Shown here piece after piece: positions 13,540-24,736 of a stretch of DNA of 49,127 nucleotides. Origin of the DNA: an uncultured bacterium (lineage in GTDB: Bacteria > Pseudomonadota > Gammaproteobacteria > GCA-001735895); the NCBI GenBank assembly GCA_965370015.1, contig CBDUSZ010000001.1:1-49127 (forward strand), read 5' to 3'. The notes under the pieces are model-generated. The model had not been told where the DNA came from. It did no database searches and saw only the letters and a program-made list of their open reading frames with translations. Both the position numbers and the translations under genes were made by a program. Within the stretch, counting starts at the first letter, position 1. Each line of letters starts with the position of its first letter.

Positions 13540-15213
13540 CTAAGAATCCATTTTTTCTTTTAACAATTCACCAAAACTGGTGGTTGTGTTTTGTGCCTCG
13601 CTATTGGCTGCATAGTCTTTCAAGGCTTCCTGTTCTTCATCTGAATCTTTCGCCTTAATCGACAGGAATAAACTACGCCCCTTGCGATCCATACCGGTTA
13701 TCTTCGCTTCAACCTGATCGCCTTCGTTCATGAACGAGCGTGCATCTTCAACACGATCATTGGTCATCTCAGAAGCACGTAGTATACCTTCAATACCATT
13801 ACCGAGATCAATTACCGCTGCCTTTGCATCGACTGAAGTAACAGTACCGGTGACGATGCTGCCTTTCGGGTTATCCGAAATAAAACTACCAAATGGATCC
13901 TTCTCGATTTGCTTGATACCGAGCGATATACGCTCACGCTCTGGATCTATAGACAATACCATTGCCTCGAGTTCCTGGCCTTTCTGGTAATCGCGCACTG
14001 CCTCTTCGCCTGGTTTGTTCCAGGACAGATCAGTCAGATGAATTAGACCATCGATATTCCCACTAAGGCCAATAAATATACCAAAATCGGTAATCGACTT
14101 AATCTTGCCTGCAATGATATCGCCCTTGCTATTGTTAGTCCCGAACTCATCCCACGGATTTTGCTTGCATTGCTTCATTCCAAGTGATATTCGACGGCGT
14201 TCTTCGTCAATTTCAAGAATAACCACCTCAACTTCGTCACCCAGGGTAACCACTTTATTCGGATTTACATTCTTGTTAGTCCAATCCATTTCAGATACGT
14301 GTACCAGTCCTTCGACACCATCTTCAATTTCAACGAAACAGCCATAGTCAGTAATATTGCTCACTTGCCCGAATAGTTTCTGACCTTCTGGATAACGACG
14401 TATAATATTCACCCAGGGATCATCGCCCATTTGCTTTAGCCCCAATGAAACGCGGCTCTTTTCACGGTCGAACTTTAACACTACTACGTCAATTTCCTGG
14501 CCAATTTCAACAATCTCGGAAGGATGCTTGACTCGTTTCCAGGCCATGTCGGTAATATGCAACAATCCATCGATGCCACCGAGATCAAGGAATGCACCAT
14601 AGTCGGTTAAATTTTTGACTATGCCACGTGCGTTCTCGCCTTCTTTCAATGTATCTAGCAGCTTTTCTCGTTCTTCACTAAACTCTTTTTCGACTACCGC
14701 TCGGCGCGAAACGACCACGTTATTGCGCTTTTGATCGAGTTTGATGATCTTGAATTCGAGTTCTTTATCTTCGAGATAAGCAGTATCGCGAACCGGGCGG
14801 ACGTCGACCAGTGATCCTGGCAAAAATGCACGGATTTCGCCGATATCGACAGTAAACCCGCCTTTGACCTTGCCAGTAAAGCGACCGGTAATAATTTCAT
14901 CGGCTGCCTGTGCCTCTTCCAGCCTGGTCCAGGCTCTCGCTCGTTTGGCTTTTTCACGCGACAGGCGTGATTCACCATAACCATCTTCGAACGAATCCAG
15001 CGCTACTTCGACAACATCACCGATATTGACATCTAGTTCGCCGCTTTCGTTATAAAACTGTTCTATCGGGATCACGCCTTCCGACTTGAGTCCCGCGTTG
15101 ACGATGACAACGTCTCTATTGATATCGACAACTTCACCGGTGATGATTTCACCGATACGCATATTCATTTGAGTAATGCTTTGCTCAAACATTTCTGCAA
15201 AATTTTCTGACAT
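13540..15213 (-). CDS. rpsA: 30S ribosomal protein S1
   Basis: Contains six S1 repeats. [12 protein letters not shown]... is the canonical N-terminus. The start is set at ATG 15213 (AGGAA lies 7 nt upstream) rather than the track start at 15255. Confidence 0.96.
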   Translation of the reverse strand: MSENFAEMFEQSITQMNMRIGEIITGEVVDINRDVVIVNAGLKSEGVIPIEQFYNESGELDVNIGDVVEVALDSFEDGYGESRLSREKAKRARAWTRLEEAQAADEIITGRFTGKVKGGFTVDIGEIRAFLPGSLVDVRPVRDTAYLEDKELEFKIIKLDQKRNNVVVSRRAVVEKEFSEEREKLLDTLKEGENARGIVKNLTDYGAFLDLGGIDGLLHITDMAWKRVKHPSEIVEIGQEIDVVVLKFDREKSRVSLGLKQMGDDPWVNIIRRYPEGQKLFGQVSNITDYGCFVEIEDGVEGLVHVSEMDWTNKNVNPNKVVTLGDEVEVVILEIDEERRRISLGMKQCKQNPWDEFGTNNSKGDIIAGKIKSITDFGIFIGLSGNIDGLIHLTDLSWNKPGEEAVRDYQKGQELEAMVLSIDPERERISLGIKQIEKDPFGSFISDNPKGSIVTGTVTSVDAKAAVIDLGNGIEGILRASEMTNDRVEDARSFMNEGDQVEAKITGMDRKGRSLFLSIKAKDSDEEQEALKDYAANSEAQNTTTSFGELLKEKMDS

Positions 15214-15297
15214 GGAATAATTCCTAAAAGAGCTTGTAATATTGTAAGCGCCCATACTCAGGAAGAGTACAAGGGGCTTTCACTATTACGGTTAAGT

Positions 15298-15330
15298 AAA
15301 AAAAACCTTGCAGACAGTGTGCCTACAAGG
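15298..15330 (-). terminator. Rho-independent terminator after cmk
   Basis: Minus-strand CCTTGTAGGC-ACACT-GTCTGCAAGG forms a 10-bp stem including 2 G-U pairs, followed by a run of 8 T. It lies 13 nt after the cmk stop. Confidence 0.7.
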
Positions 15331-15342
15331 ACCCGTTCTTTA

Positions 15343-16029
15343 TCATCTAATATCTATCGCCTCATCGATATGGCTGGTCACTAGTTCAGTTACCCGATCC
15401 AGGTCGAGCAAACTCGAATCGACGACGATAGCATCTTCAGCAGGAACCAGTGGCGATTCGGCTCGATTACGATCCCGCTCGTCACGTTCGCTGATGTCTG
15501 CTTGAAGCCGGTCGATATTAGCTGATATTCCCATACCAATCAACTGCTTATAGCGCCTAAGTGCCCTTATTTCGACAGAAGCGTACAAAAAAAACTTGAA
15601 TTTGGCGGTTGGGAACACAACCGTGCCCATATCGCGTCCATCGGCCACCAGTCCTGGAGGCCGAAAACAACTCTGCTGCCAGCCTAGTAAAAGCTTACGT
15701 ACCGCCGGAAAACGCGCAATTATGGATGCCGCATCACCAGTGGATTCCTGTCTGATCTCGCTGGAAACATCCTGCTCATCGAGAAATGGGATAGCCAAAT
15801 CTTCCCCCTCTTCAAATCGAATATCGAAGCCCTGGAGGGCAGCGACTACCTCATTTTCCTGCTCAAGATCGACTCCCAGCCGGAGTGACTTTAGTGCAGC
15901 CAGGCGATAGACAGCGCCACTATCGAGTAGATGAAAACCCAGGTATTTTGCCACTCGTAATGCCAACGAGCCTTTACCAGAACCACTGGGACCGTCGATT
16001 GCTACTATATAAGGCGCTATTTTAGTCAT
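15343..16029 (-). CDS. cmk: Cytidylate kinase
   Basis: P-loop IVAIDGPSGSGKGS in a ~228-aa protein. ATG at 16029 overlaps the aroA stop by 8 nt. The longer track ORF start (16071) lies inside aroA. Confidence 0.93.
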   Translation of the reverse strand: MTKIAPYIVAIDGPSGSGKGSLALRVAKYLGFHLLDSGAVYRLAALKSLRLGVDLEQENEVVAALQGFDIRFEEGEDLAIPFLDEQDVSSEIRQESTGDAASIIARFPAVRKLLLGWQQSCFRPPGLVADGRDMGTVVFPTAKFKFFLYASVEIRALRRYKQLIGMGISANIDRLQADISERDERDRNRAESPLVPAEDAIVVDSSLLDLDRVTELVTSHIDEAIDIR

Positions 16030-17323
16030 GGGTAGTGATATTAACTCCCGCCCGACTAGCGAGATCGACAAATCCCGGGAAGGACGTATTTACATTGGCA
16101 CAATTCATAATCCTGATGGCATCGTTCGCGCGCAGTGAGGCGATACTAAATGCCATGGCAATACGGTGATCTGCATGCGACTCAACCACACCGCCGCTCA
16201 TCGGCCCACCCTGTATGCAGATACCGTCTGCTGTTGGTTCGGCCTGAATTCCGAGTTTAATTAAGCCATCCGCCATCACCTGAATTCGATCGCTCTCTTT
16301 CACTCTGAGCTCCCCGGCACCGCTCAGTATCGTCTCACCATCTGCGCAGGCAGCAGCGATAAATAGCACTGGAAATTCGTCAATTGCCAAAGGTACCAAC
16401 GATTGCGGTATTTTAATTCCCTGCAACGCCGCGCTGCGTACCCGAATATCGGCTACCGGCTCACCGCCGATATCCGTTTCGTTAAAGAGCGTAATATCAG
16501 CGCCCATTAGCTTGAGAATTTCGATAACCCCGGTACGTGTTGGATTAACACCTACGTGTTGCAACGTAATATCCGATCCCGGTGCGATACTGGCGGCAAC
16601 GAGAAAAAAAGCGGCCGAAGAAATATCTGCAGGTATTTCAATATCACAAGCGCGTAAAGTCTGCCTGCCCTTGATACTAATATTCGAACCTTTGGTAATG
16701 ACCTTGCAACCAAAACCGCGCAGCATGCGCTCGGTATGATCCCGCGTCGGTGCAGGTTCGTTGATTGTGCTTTTGCCCTCGGCATATAACCCGGCTAGCA
16801 ATAAGCAGGATTTCACCTGCGCCGAGGCTACCGGCATTCTATAATCGATTGCGCGTAATTGAGATTGGGCATGTACTTCTAGTGGTGCCATGCCTCCTGC
16901 CTGGCTAATAATGATTGCATTCATCGCAGTGAGGGGCGAGATCACGCGGCTCATCGGCCGCCGCGACAATGATTCGTCCCCTGTCAGGGTGGTATCAAAT
17001 GCCTGCCCGGCGAGCAAACCAAGCAGCAGGCGCATGGCTGTACCCGAATTGCCCATATCCAAGGGATTTTCGGGTTTGCGCAGTCCGTGCAAGCCAACAC
17101 CTTCTACACGAACCCTGTCAGCGTGACGCTCGATTGAGACACCCATCTCCTGAAACGCACGGAGCGTATTGAGACTATCCTCGCCCTGTAGAAAACCAGT
17201 GATGTGGCTCGTACCTTCGGCTATGGAAGACAATATAATTGAACGATGTGAAATAGATTTGTCCCCGGGAACACGGATCAAGCCGCTTACTGCCCCGCCA
17301 GGACGACATTCAAAGCTGCTCAT
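16022..17323 (-). CDS. aroA: 3-phosphoshikimate 1-carboxyvinyltransferase (EPSP synthase)
   Basis: Shows ...RVPGDKSISHR...LGNSGTAMR... EPSP synthase motifs. ATG at 17323 shares one nt with the tyrA TGA (TGATG). Confidence 0.95.
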   Translation of the reverse strand: MSSFECRPGGAVSGLIRVPGDKSISHRSIILSSIAEGTSHITGFLQGEDSLNTLRAFQEMGVSIERHADRVRVEGVGLHGLRKPENPLDMGNSGTAMRLLLGLLAGQAFDTTLTGDESLSRRPMSRVISPLTAMNAIIISQAGGMAPLEVHAQSQLRAIDYRMPVASAQVKSCLLLAGLYAEGKSTINEPAPTRDHTERMLRGFGCKVITKGSNISIKGRQTLRACDIEIPADISSAAFFLVAASIAPGSDITLQHVGVNPTRTGVIEILKLMGADITLFNETDIGGEPVADIRVRSAALQGIKIPQSLVPLAIDEFPVLFIAAACADGETILSGAGELRVKESDRIQVMADGLIKLGIQAEPTADGICIQGGPMSGGVVESHADHRIAMAFSIASLRANDAIRIMNCANVNTSFPGFVDLASRAGVNITTHD

Positions 17324-18186
17324 CAGCAATTCCCTATCAGGGTATCCCTTTCGGATTTGGCAGTACTGAACAACTCAAGTAATCGATCTGAATCCTGGTC
17401 GCGAATTGCCCTCGATACTTCGTCTAGCTCTGCCTTGTAACCCTCAATTAACTTTTCCAGTGCATCACTATTAGAAATACAGACATCACGCCACATTACC
17501 GGATCACTCGAAGCGATTCGTGTGAAATCACGAAAACCGCCAGCGGCGTATTTGAAAATTTCGTCATGGTCATTCAAATTCGACAAATAGTTAACCAGTG
17601 AATATGCCAACATGTGTGGTAAGTGCGAGGTTGCGGCCAGCACCTTATCGTGATGTTCGACATCCAGATATTCGATAGTGGCACCGCATTGCTGCCACAT
17701 GCTGGCGATTGTACCGGCAGCCCTGGGATCAGTTGATTCGAGCGGCGTTAATATCACCCGACGATTTTGATATAGGTTGGCCTGACCGGCTTCCACCCCG
17801 CTCTTTTCGGCGCCCGCTATTGGATGACCAGGTACAAATTGAGAAATTTTATCGCCAAGCGCGGCCCGTGCTACCTTGACTACCGAACCTTTGGCGCTGC
17901 CAGCATCGGTGATGATGGTATGCTCGTCCACATTATCGCGTATTTGCTCAAAGGCCATTTGCATCGCACCGAGGGGTATTGCCAGTACTACAATATTTGC
18001 CGACTTTACCGCTTCGGCAATCGAAGTTGTATAGCTATCGATGATGCCTAATTCGAGGCCTTTTTGCAGGTTTTTCTCGTTGCGACCACAGCCTACGACA
18101 TGGCCGACGGCTGATACCTGCTTTAGCGCCAGTGCTAGCGACGCACCAATCAGGCCGACACCGATAATGGCTAACCGATCGATCAT
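17323..18186 (-). CDS. tyrA: Prephenate/arogenate dehydrogenase
   Basis: Rossmann motif IIGVGLIGASLA, a ...GHPIAG... motif, and 287 aa. It lies between hisC and aroA, with an ATGA overlap with the hisC stop. Confidence 0.88.
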   Translation of the reverse strand: MIDRLAIIGVGLIGASLALALKQVSAVGHVVGCGRNEKNLQKGLELGIIDSYTTSIAEAVKSANIVVLAIPLGAMQMAFEQIRDNVDEHTIITDAGSAKGSVVKVARAALGDKISQFVPGHPIAGAEKSGVEAGQANLYQNRRVILTPLESTDPRAAGTIASMWQQCGATIEYLDVEHHDKVLAATSHLPHMLAYSLVNYLSNLNDHDEIFKYAAGGFRDFTRIASSDPVMWRDVCISNSDALEKLIEGYKAELDEVSRAIRDQDSDRLLELFSTAKSERDTLIGNC

Positions 18187-19292
18187 AGTAATTTGTCCAG
18201 CTTTTCCATTAATACTGCCTGTTGTTGTGGGGTCCCAATCGTTATGCGTAAAAACTCAGGCAAACCATAATTAGCCAGCGGTCGCAGGATAACGCCCTGT
18301 TGTAGCAAGTTTTGATAGATCTCATCGCATCTTTTTCCAAACCGGACCGTGAGGAAATTAGCCACCGATGGGATGTATCCAACCTCCTTCGATTGCAAAT
18401 ATGCGGCCAGTTGCTGTAAACCTGCCTGGTTATTGCGGCGGCTGTCTGCGACAAATTCATCGTCATCCAGGCTGGCCGTGGCCGCAGCCAGGGCCAGCGT
18501 ATTGGCATTGAATGGCTGCCGCAATCGGTTCAATAGATCACTGATTTCAACGCTAGAAATTGCATAGCCCACGCGTAGACCAGCAAGCCCGTAAATTTTC
18601 GAAAAAGTCCGGGTCACAATTAAGTTTGGGTATTCCGCAAGCCACTCCAGAGTATCGGCATTATCATCTTCAACCACATATTCAAAATAAGCTTCATCGA
18701 CTATGACAGCAATATGCCCAGGTACCTGATCGATAAAGTCTTTCAATGCTTCACGAGCCAACCAGGTCCCAGTCGGATTGTTGGGATTGGCGATGAATAT
18801 GAGTCGGGTTTTATCATTAATCAGCGCCAGCATCGCATTTAAATCATGCCCGTACGGCTGATCATTATCTACAGACAGCGCTTTTGCTATCCGCGCTTTT
18901 GCACCGCAGGCTTGTACTACCAGTGGATATACCAAAAAAGCATATTGTGAAAAAATAGCTTCGGCGTGCTCATCCAGAAAGGTTCGCGCCAATAAGTCGA
19001 GGACGTCGTTGGAGCCATTGCCGATGGTCAATTGTTCGACTTTTACACCCAGTTTAGTTGCCAGTTTTTGCTTCAGATAAAAAGCATTCGCATCCGGGTA
19101 TAACTCAATGTTTTGACTCGCTTCGACAATCGCCTGCCTGGCCCGCTCTGAGCACCCTAGTGGATTTTCATTAGAGGCAAGTTTGATCGCATTGCTTATT
19201 CCTAGTTCGCGTTCCAGTTCTTCGACCGGCTTACCGGGGGAATAGGGATGCAGGAGCTTTACTTGCGCTAGCGCAGAATCAATTACCGACAC
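18183..19292 (-). CDS. hisC: Histidinol-phosphate/aromatic aminotransferase
   Basis: Class II aminotransferase with ...LASNENPLG... and ...RTFSKIYGLAGLRVGY... (PLP lysine). GTG start. Located in the pheA-tyrA cluster. Confidence 0.88.
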   Translation of the reverse strand: MSVIDSALAQVKLLHPYSPGKPVEELERELGISNAIKLASNENPLGCSERARQAIVEASQNIELYPDANAFYLKQKLATKLGVKVEQLTIGNGSNDVLDLLARTFLDEHAEAIFSQYAFLVYPLVVQACGAKARIAKALSVDNDQPYGHDLNAMLALINDKTRLIFIANPNNPTGTWLAREALKDFIDQVPGHIAVIVDEAYFEYVVEDDNADTLEWLAEYPNLIVTRTFSKIYGLAGLRVGYAISSVEISDLLNRLRQPFNANTLALAAATASLDDDEFVADSRRNNQAGLQQLAAYLQSKEVGYIPSVANFLTVRFGKRCDEIYQNLLQQGVILRPLANYGLPEFLRITIGTPQQQAVLMEKLDKLL

Positions 19293-19305
19293 TTGCTATG
19301 TCCTT

Positions 19306-20400
19306 TTATAGAGAAGATTTGGGATAAGATCCGAGCACCTTAAACAATGCCGCCTGACCTTTAAGCTCGTTCAGGGCTTTTTTAACATTCTCGGCCTGTT
19401 GATGGCCATCGATATCGATAAAAAATATATATTCCCATTTTCGATCTGGTGCCGGACGCGATTCAATTTTATTCATGCTAATTTTGTTGTCAGCCAGTGG
19501 TTGTAACAATCCTAGCAAAGCCCCTGGGTAATTTTTTGTCGATATCAGTATAGAGGTCTTGTCATCACCACTGGGTTCAACATCCTGATGGCCGATAATC
19601 ACGAATCGGGTGGTATTGTCGGACAAATCTTCGATATTTTCGAAACAGATCTGCAAATCAAATATTTCTACAGCCGGGAGACCGCAAATAGCAGCGGCAG
19701 ATTCATCCTGAGCCGCAATTCGTGCCGCCTCGGCATTGCTACTCACCGGGATACGCTCGGTAGCCGGAAAGTTTTGATCGAGCCAGTGTCGACATTGCGC
19801 AAACGATTGCTGATGCGAATAGATTTGCTTAATTTTCGATACATCCTGGGACTGATTGACTAGATGGTGATGAATCCGAATTTCTACTTCACCACTGACC
19901 TTAAGATCTGAATCGATAAACATATCCAGCGTGTGACTGATCACGCCCTCGGTTGAATTTTCGACTGGCACCAGGCCATAATCAGAATGTCCTGACTCTA
20001 CCGAACTGAATACATCAGGAATGCTGCTCATCGGTATGGTGGTAACCGAATGGCCAAAATGTTTGAGCGCGGCACTCTGTGTAAAAGTACCCTCGGGTCC
20101 GAGGTAGGCTATTTTTAACGGTTGCTCCAGGGCCAGGCAAGCTGACATTACTTCGCGCACCAGGCGCCCTACTTCGTCGTCGCTGAGCGGCCCCGCATTT
20201 TTTGATTTTATGCGCTGGATTACCTGCGCTTCGCGATCCGGCCTGAAGAAATCGATTGCATCAGCCGGGCTGTCGCTATCCTGCCTTTTTACCTCGGCGA
20301 CGCTGACCGCACAATTCGCTCTTCGATTAAACAGTTCCAGCAGTTGATCATCGATCGCATCGATCTGGTCACGTAATTTTTGCAGCGCTTCGTCACTCAT
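19306..20400 (-). CDS. pheA: Bifunctional chorismate mutase / prephenate dehydratase
   Basis: An N-terminal CM helix (LRDQIDAIDDQLLELFNRR) is followed by a PDT domain (IAYLGPEGTFT) and a C-terminal ACT domain (...ESRP...). Confidence 0.93.
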   Translation of the reverse strand: MSDEALQKLRDQIDAIDDQLLELFNRRANCAVSVAEVKRQDSDSPADAIDFFRPDREAQVIQRIKSKNAGPLSDDEVGRLVREVMSACLALEQPLKIAYLGPEGTFTQSAALKHFGHSVTTIPMSSIPDVFSSVESGHSDYGLVPVENSTEGVISHTLDMFIDSDLKVSGEVEIRIHHHLVNQSQDVSKIKQIYSHQQSFAQCRHWLDQNFPATERIPVSSNAEAARIAAQDESAAAICGLPAVEIFDLQICFENIEDLSDNTTRFVIIGHQDVEPSGDDKTSILISTKNYPGALLGLLQPLADNKISMNKIESRPAPDRKWEYIFFIDIDGHQQAENVKKALNELKGQAALFKVLGSYPKSSL

Positions 20401-20428
20401 CGGTTTTCGTTACGGAGAATTTTAATTA

Positions 20429-23002
20429 CTAGTCTTCCTGCGGTTCGTCGTTACCATCAGACTCATCATCATTAACAGTGGCGGCCACCGGCTCTATTTG
20501 TACCAGTTGTTCGTTTTCACCCAGGCGAATCAGGGTAACACCTTGCGTATTACGTGCGAGGATCGAAATTCCCTCGATGGGCGTTCGCACCAGGGTACCC
20601 GCATTACTGATTAACATGACTTCTTCATCACCAACAGTCTTTATCGCGCCGACTACTCGCCCATTACGTTTAGAGGTCTGGATTGAGATAACGCCCTGCC
20701 CACCGCGCCCCTGCACGGAGAAACCGGAAACCCGAGTGCGCTTACCGTAACCATTTTCAGTCGCAAACAAAATTTCACCATCGTTCGATGTGACTGCAAT
20801 CAAGGAAATTACTTCATCTTTGCCCTTAATCCTGATGCCCCGAACACCCGCCGCAGTGCGACCCATTGCGCGTACATCGCCTTCTGCAATTCGAATACCT
20901 TTTCCCGCGCTGGTAAACAACAGCAAATCTGAGTTGCCTTCGGTTAACTGCACACCAATCAAACTATCATCGTCACGCAAATCAAGTGCGATAATGCCAT
21001 TTGCACGCGGCCGCGAAAAGTTTGACAAAGGCGTTTTTTTCACCTTGCCACTGGCCGTAGCAAAAAATATAAATTGGTCTTCCTGGTATTCACGAACCGG
21101 CAGAATAGCAGTAATGCGTTCGTTTTCTTCCAGTGGCAATAAATTTACCATCGGTCGGCCACGCGCTGTTCTGCTACCTATTGGCAGTTTATACACCTTC
21201 TGCCAGTAGACTTTACCGCGCGTCGAAAAGCACAACAAGGTGTCATGGGTCGAGGCTACGAACATTTGCTCGACAAAATCCTCATCCTTTACCCTGGTTG
21301 CTGCTTTTCCGCGGCCGCCACGACGCTGCGCCGAATAAGACTCAAGCGGCTGTGCCTTGGCGTAACCAAGATGCGAAATTGTTACCACCACGTCTTCTTC
21401 GCTAATTAAATCCTCCACGGTCAAATCGGAGTGGTCAATAATGATCTCGGTCCGACGAGGATCGGCGAATTGTTGCTTGATTGCCTCGAGTTCAAGACGA
21501 ATAACCTCTTTCAAGCGCTCATTGCGATGTAAAATATCAAGCAAGTCTTCAATTTTTTCCAGAATTTCGCGATATTCTGCGAGGATCTTATCCTGTTCGA
21601 GTCCGGTCAATCGGTGCAGACGCAAATCGAGAATCGCCTGTGCCTGTTTATCCGACAGCCGATATTCGCCATCGATCAGCCCGTACTCCGCAGAAATACC
21701 TTCGGGTCGCGATAGGTCTGAACCCCCACGCTCCAACATTTCCATTACCACACTCGGAGTCCATGCTTTATTCAGCAAGGCCGCCTTGGCAATAGCCGGG
21801 CTGGACGACTGTTTAATCAGGGCAATAATTTCATCAATATTTGATAATGCAATTGCCAGGCCTTCTAAAATATGCGCCCTGTCACGGGCTTTACGCAGGT
21901 CAAAAATAGTACGCCGTGTGATAACCTCGCGGCGGTGCAAAATAAAAGCTTCAAGAATTTGTTTCAGGTTTAGCAATCGTGGCTGGTTATTCACCAGCGC
22001 GACCATATTGATGCCAAACACATTTTGCATCTGAGTCTGTTTGTAGAGGTTATTCAATATCACATCGGCAATTTCGCCGCGACGCAATTCGATCACCATG
22101 CGCATACCGTCCTTGTCGGATTCATCGCGTAAACCGACAATACCTTCGAGACGTTTTAGTTTTACCAGTTCAGCAATTTTTTCGAGCAGGCGAGCCTTAT
22201 TCACCTGGTAGGGCAGCTCGGTGACGACGATATTCTGGCGACCCGATTTGTTTTCTTCATAATGGGTTCTGGCACGAAGGTAAATTTTACCCTTACCGCT
22301 TCGATAAGCCTCGCGTATGCCCCGTGCACCGTTGATAAAACCGGCCGTGGGGAAATCTGGTCCGGGAATGCATTCCATCAAATTTTCAATACTGGCATCG
22401 GGCTGGTCGATTAATAGCAAGCAGGCATTAATCACTTCGGACAAATTGTGCGGCGGTATGTTAGTCGCCATGCCGACAGCGATGCCCGACGACCCGTTGA
22501 CTAACAGATTAGGCGTGCGCGTTGGCATTACCGCCGGTTCATATTCTGATTCGTCGTAATTGGGCAGGAAGTCTACCGTTTCCTTATCCAGGTCAGCCAG
22601 TAACTCGTGTGCAATTTTGGACATGCGCACTTCGGTGTAACGCATCGCAGCCGGCGAATCACCATCGACCGAGCCAAAATTACCCTGCCCATCAATTAAC
22701 ATATGACGCATCGAAAACGGCTGCGCCATACGAACTATGGTGTCGTATACCGCCGTATCACCATGCGGATGATATTTGCCTATAACATCGCCGACCACTC
22801 GCGCTGATTTTTTATAGGGTTTGTTGTAATCGGTACCGAGCACACTCATCGCGTATAATACGCGTCGATGGACCGGTTTAAGTCCATCCCTGACATCAGG
22901 CAAAGCACGTCCGACGATGACGCTCATAGCGTATTCGAGGTACGATTGACGCATCTCATCTTCGAGATTTACAGGAATTATTTCCTTGGCAATATCAGCC
23001 AT
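20429..23002 (-). CDS. gyrA: DNA gyrase subunit A
   Basis: 857 aa. Shows ...[24 protein letters not shown]... and the [14 protein letters not shown], followed by a beta-pinwheel CTD and an acidic tail. Confidence 0.97.
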   Translation of the reverse strand: MADIAKEIIPVNLEDEMRQSYLEYAMSVIVGRALPDVRDGLKPVHRRVLYAMSVLGTDYNKPYKKSARVVGDVIGKYHPHGDTAVYDTIVRMAQPFSMRHMLIDGQGNFGSVDGDSPAAMRYTEVRMSKIAHELLADLDKETVDFLPNYDESEYEPAVMPTRTPNLLVNGSSGIAVGMATNIPPHNLSEVINACLLLIDQPDASIENLMECIPGPDFPTAGFINGARGIREAYRSGKGKIYLRARTHYEENKSGRQNIVVTELPYQVNKARLLEKIAELVKLKRLEGIVGLRDESDKDGMRMVIELRRGEIADVILNNLYKQTQMQNVFGINMVALVNNQPRLLNLKQILEAFILHRREVITRRTIFDLRKARDRAHILEGLAIALSNIDEIIALIKQSSSPAIAKAALLNKAWTPSVVMEMLERGGSDLSRPEGISAEYGLIDGEYRLSDKQAQAILDLRLHRLTGLEQDKILAEYREILEKIEDLLDILHRNERLKEVIRLELEAIKQQFADPRRTEIIIDHSDLTVEDLISEEDVVVTISHLGYAKAQPLESYSAQRRGGRGKAATRVKDEDFVEQMFVASTHDTLLCFSTRGKVYWQKVYKLPIGSRTARGRPMVNLLPLEENERITAILPVREYQEDQFIFFATASGKVKKTPLSNFSRPRANGIIALDLRDDDSLIGVQLTEGNSDLLLFTSAGKGIRIAEGDVRAMGRTAAGVRGIRIKGKDEVISLIAVTSNDGEILFATENGYGKRTRVSGFSVQGRGGQGVISIQTSKRNGRVVGAIKTVGDEEVMLISNAGTLVRTPIEGISILARNTQGVTLIRLGENEQLVQIEPVAATVNDDESDGNDEPQED

Positions 23003-23410
23003 AAAAAACGTTACTCACGAGTTGGTCTTGACGCAGGATGGATTTATTTCGACTCTGAGGGATTTTAACACAAACCCTATAGTGATCACTACTGCTTAAA
23101 ATGTCTTCTCAGGGTTAATTTAAGGGAGAAATTGGCTTTTATGCGAAAATACGAGGCAAGCTGTGAATTTAAGCAAAATTTACTCTCGCGCAGGGTTCTT
23201 CCAGTAAAGTCAGCGCTACCGCGGGGTTAATTTATGACCCATTGTAAATCCATATCTTTCTGCCTGTGATCCTTTCTATTCTCATCAGAAATTTACTTAG
23301 AAGTTCCAATAATAACTACCCCGCGTAACTTTGATTCATTATATAGCGGCAAAAATGCGCCCTTTCTAAAATTCATTTGCAGCCCGCTAGAAATCTTGTA
23401 AGGTTCGCCG

Positions 23411-24736
23411 ATGAATAGCAAATACCAGATTCTAAAGCCAAAATGGCTGCTCACAGTTAATCCGCAGTTCGAGGTGCTCAGCAATTATGCGGTAGTCATT
23501 AAGGCTAACCGTATTGAGAGCCTGCTACCTGTCGCCGAATTACAGCAACAGGACGAATTTAGCGGCGCTGAAACGATTGAATTGTCGGATCACGTGCTGA
23601 TGCCGGGTCTGGTGAACAGTCATACCCATGCTTCGATGAGCCTGTTTCGCGGTATTGCTGATGACCTGCCGCTGATGGACTGGCTCAACCATCATATCTG
23701 GCCAGCGGAGAGTCAGTGGGTAGACCCGACATTTATTGCCGACGGTTTTCAACTCACTGCTGCGGAAATGATACGTTCCGGTACCACCTGTTTGAATGAC
23801 ATGTATTTTTATCCAGATATTGTTGCGCGCGAAGCACAAAAAATTGGAATACGTACCGTGGTCGGGCTAATTGTGCTGGACTTTCCGAGCATGTGGGCGA
23901 AAAAAGCCGATGACTACCTGCACAAGGCACTCGCCGTACACGATGAAATTAAGGAGTATTCACTGGTAACTAGTGCCTTTGCACCTCATGCCCCCTATAC
24001 CGTGTCAGATGAGCCACTGCAAAAAATTGCGATGTACAGCAATGAACTCGATGTGCCCGTACATATGCATATTCACGAAACTGCATTTGAAGTGACCGAG
24101 GCGCAAAAGAACTCAGGATTGCGACCATTAGAACGACTCGATCAATTAAACTTGTTAAATTCTAATCTGATTGCGGTCCATATGACCGAACTTGACGCAT
24201 TTGAAATTGATCGCCTCGCCGAAACCGGTGTCCACGTTTCGCATTGCCCGCAATCCAATTTAAAACTTGCGAGCGGTATGTGCCCGGTTGCGCAGTTACA
24301 GCGCATCGGCATAAATGTCTGTCTAGGAACCGATGGCGCTGCCAGCAATAATGACCACGACATGTTTGCAGAAATGAAATGTGCCGCCCTGTTGGCAAAG
24401 GGCATTAGCGGTAATGCCAGCGTCAGCAACGCAAAACAGACGATACAAATGGCCACAATTAATGGTGCAAAAGCACTTGGTCTGGGTAACTTAATCGGAT
24501 CGATCGAAGTTGGCAAACAAGCTGATCTGATAGCGGTTAATTTGTCGCATCTCAACACGCAACCGGTGTATGATCCAGTTGCGCAGTTAGTCTATGCCGC
24601 TAACAGTCAACAGGTTTCGCACACCTGGATAGCCGGTACCTGTCTGATGCGCGATTACCGGTTATGTAATCTGGACGAAAATGCGATAATTGCAAAAGCC
24701 CAATCCTGGGCAGACAAGGTAAGCAAAACACAATGA
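23411..24736 (+). CDS. mtaD: 5-methylthioadenosine/S-adenosylhomocysteine deaminase (TRZ/ATZ amidohydrolase)
   Basis: Amidohydrolase metal motif GLVNSHTHASMS, plus ...HIHET... and ...GTDGAASNN.... Lies immediately upstream of ubiG with an ATGA overlap, the conserved mtaD-ubiG arrangement. Confidence 0.85.
   Translation: MNSKYQILKPKWLLTVNPQFEVLSNYAVVIKANRIESLLPVAELQQQDEFSGAETIELSDHVLMPGLVNSHTHASMSLFRGIADDLPLMDWLNHHIWPAESQWVDPTFIADGFQLTAAEMIRSGTTCLNDMYFYPDIVAREAQKIGIRTVVGLIVLDFPSMWAKKADDYLHKALAVHDEIKEYSLVTSAFAPHAPYTVSDEPLQKIAMYSNELDVPVHMHIHETAFEVTEAQKNSGLRPLERLDQLNLLNSNLIAVHMTELDAFEIDRLAETGVHVSHCPQSNLKLASGMCPVAQLQRIGINVCLGTDGAASNNDHDMFAEMKCAALLAKGISGNASVSNAKQTIQMATINGAKALGLGNLIGSIEVGKQADLIAVNLSHLNTQPVYDPVAQLVYAANSQQVSHTWIAGTCLMRDYRLCNLDENAIIAKAQSWADKVSKTQ

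Noticed and set aside
21441-22034. 197-aa ORF on the plus strand inside gyrA, along with other 80-140 aa plus-strand ORFs between 20478 and 23068
   Set aside because: It is antisense to a highly conserved, clearly intact gyrA. Its translation is low-complexity and Ser/Arg/Ile/Cys-rich with no start context. Long shadow ORFs of this kind typically occur opposite a real gene.
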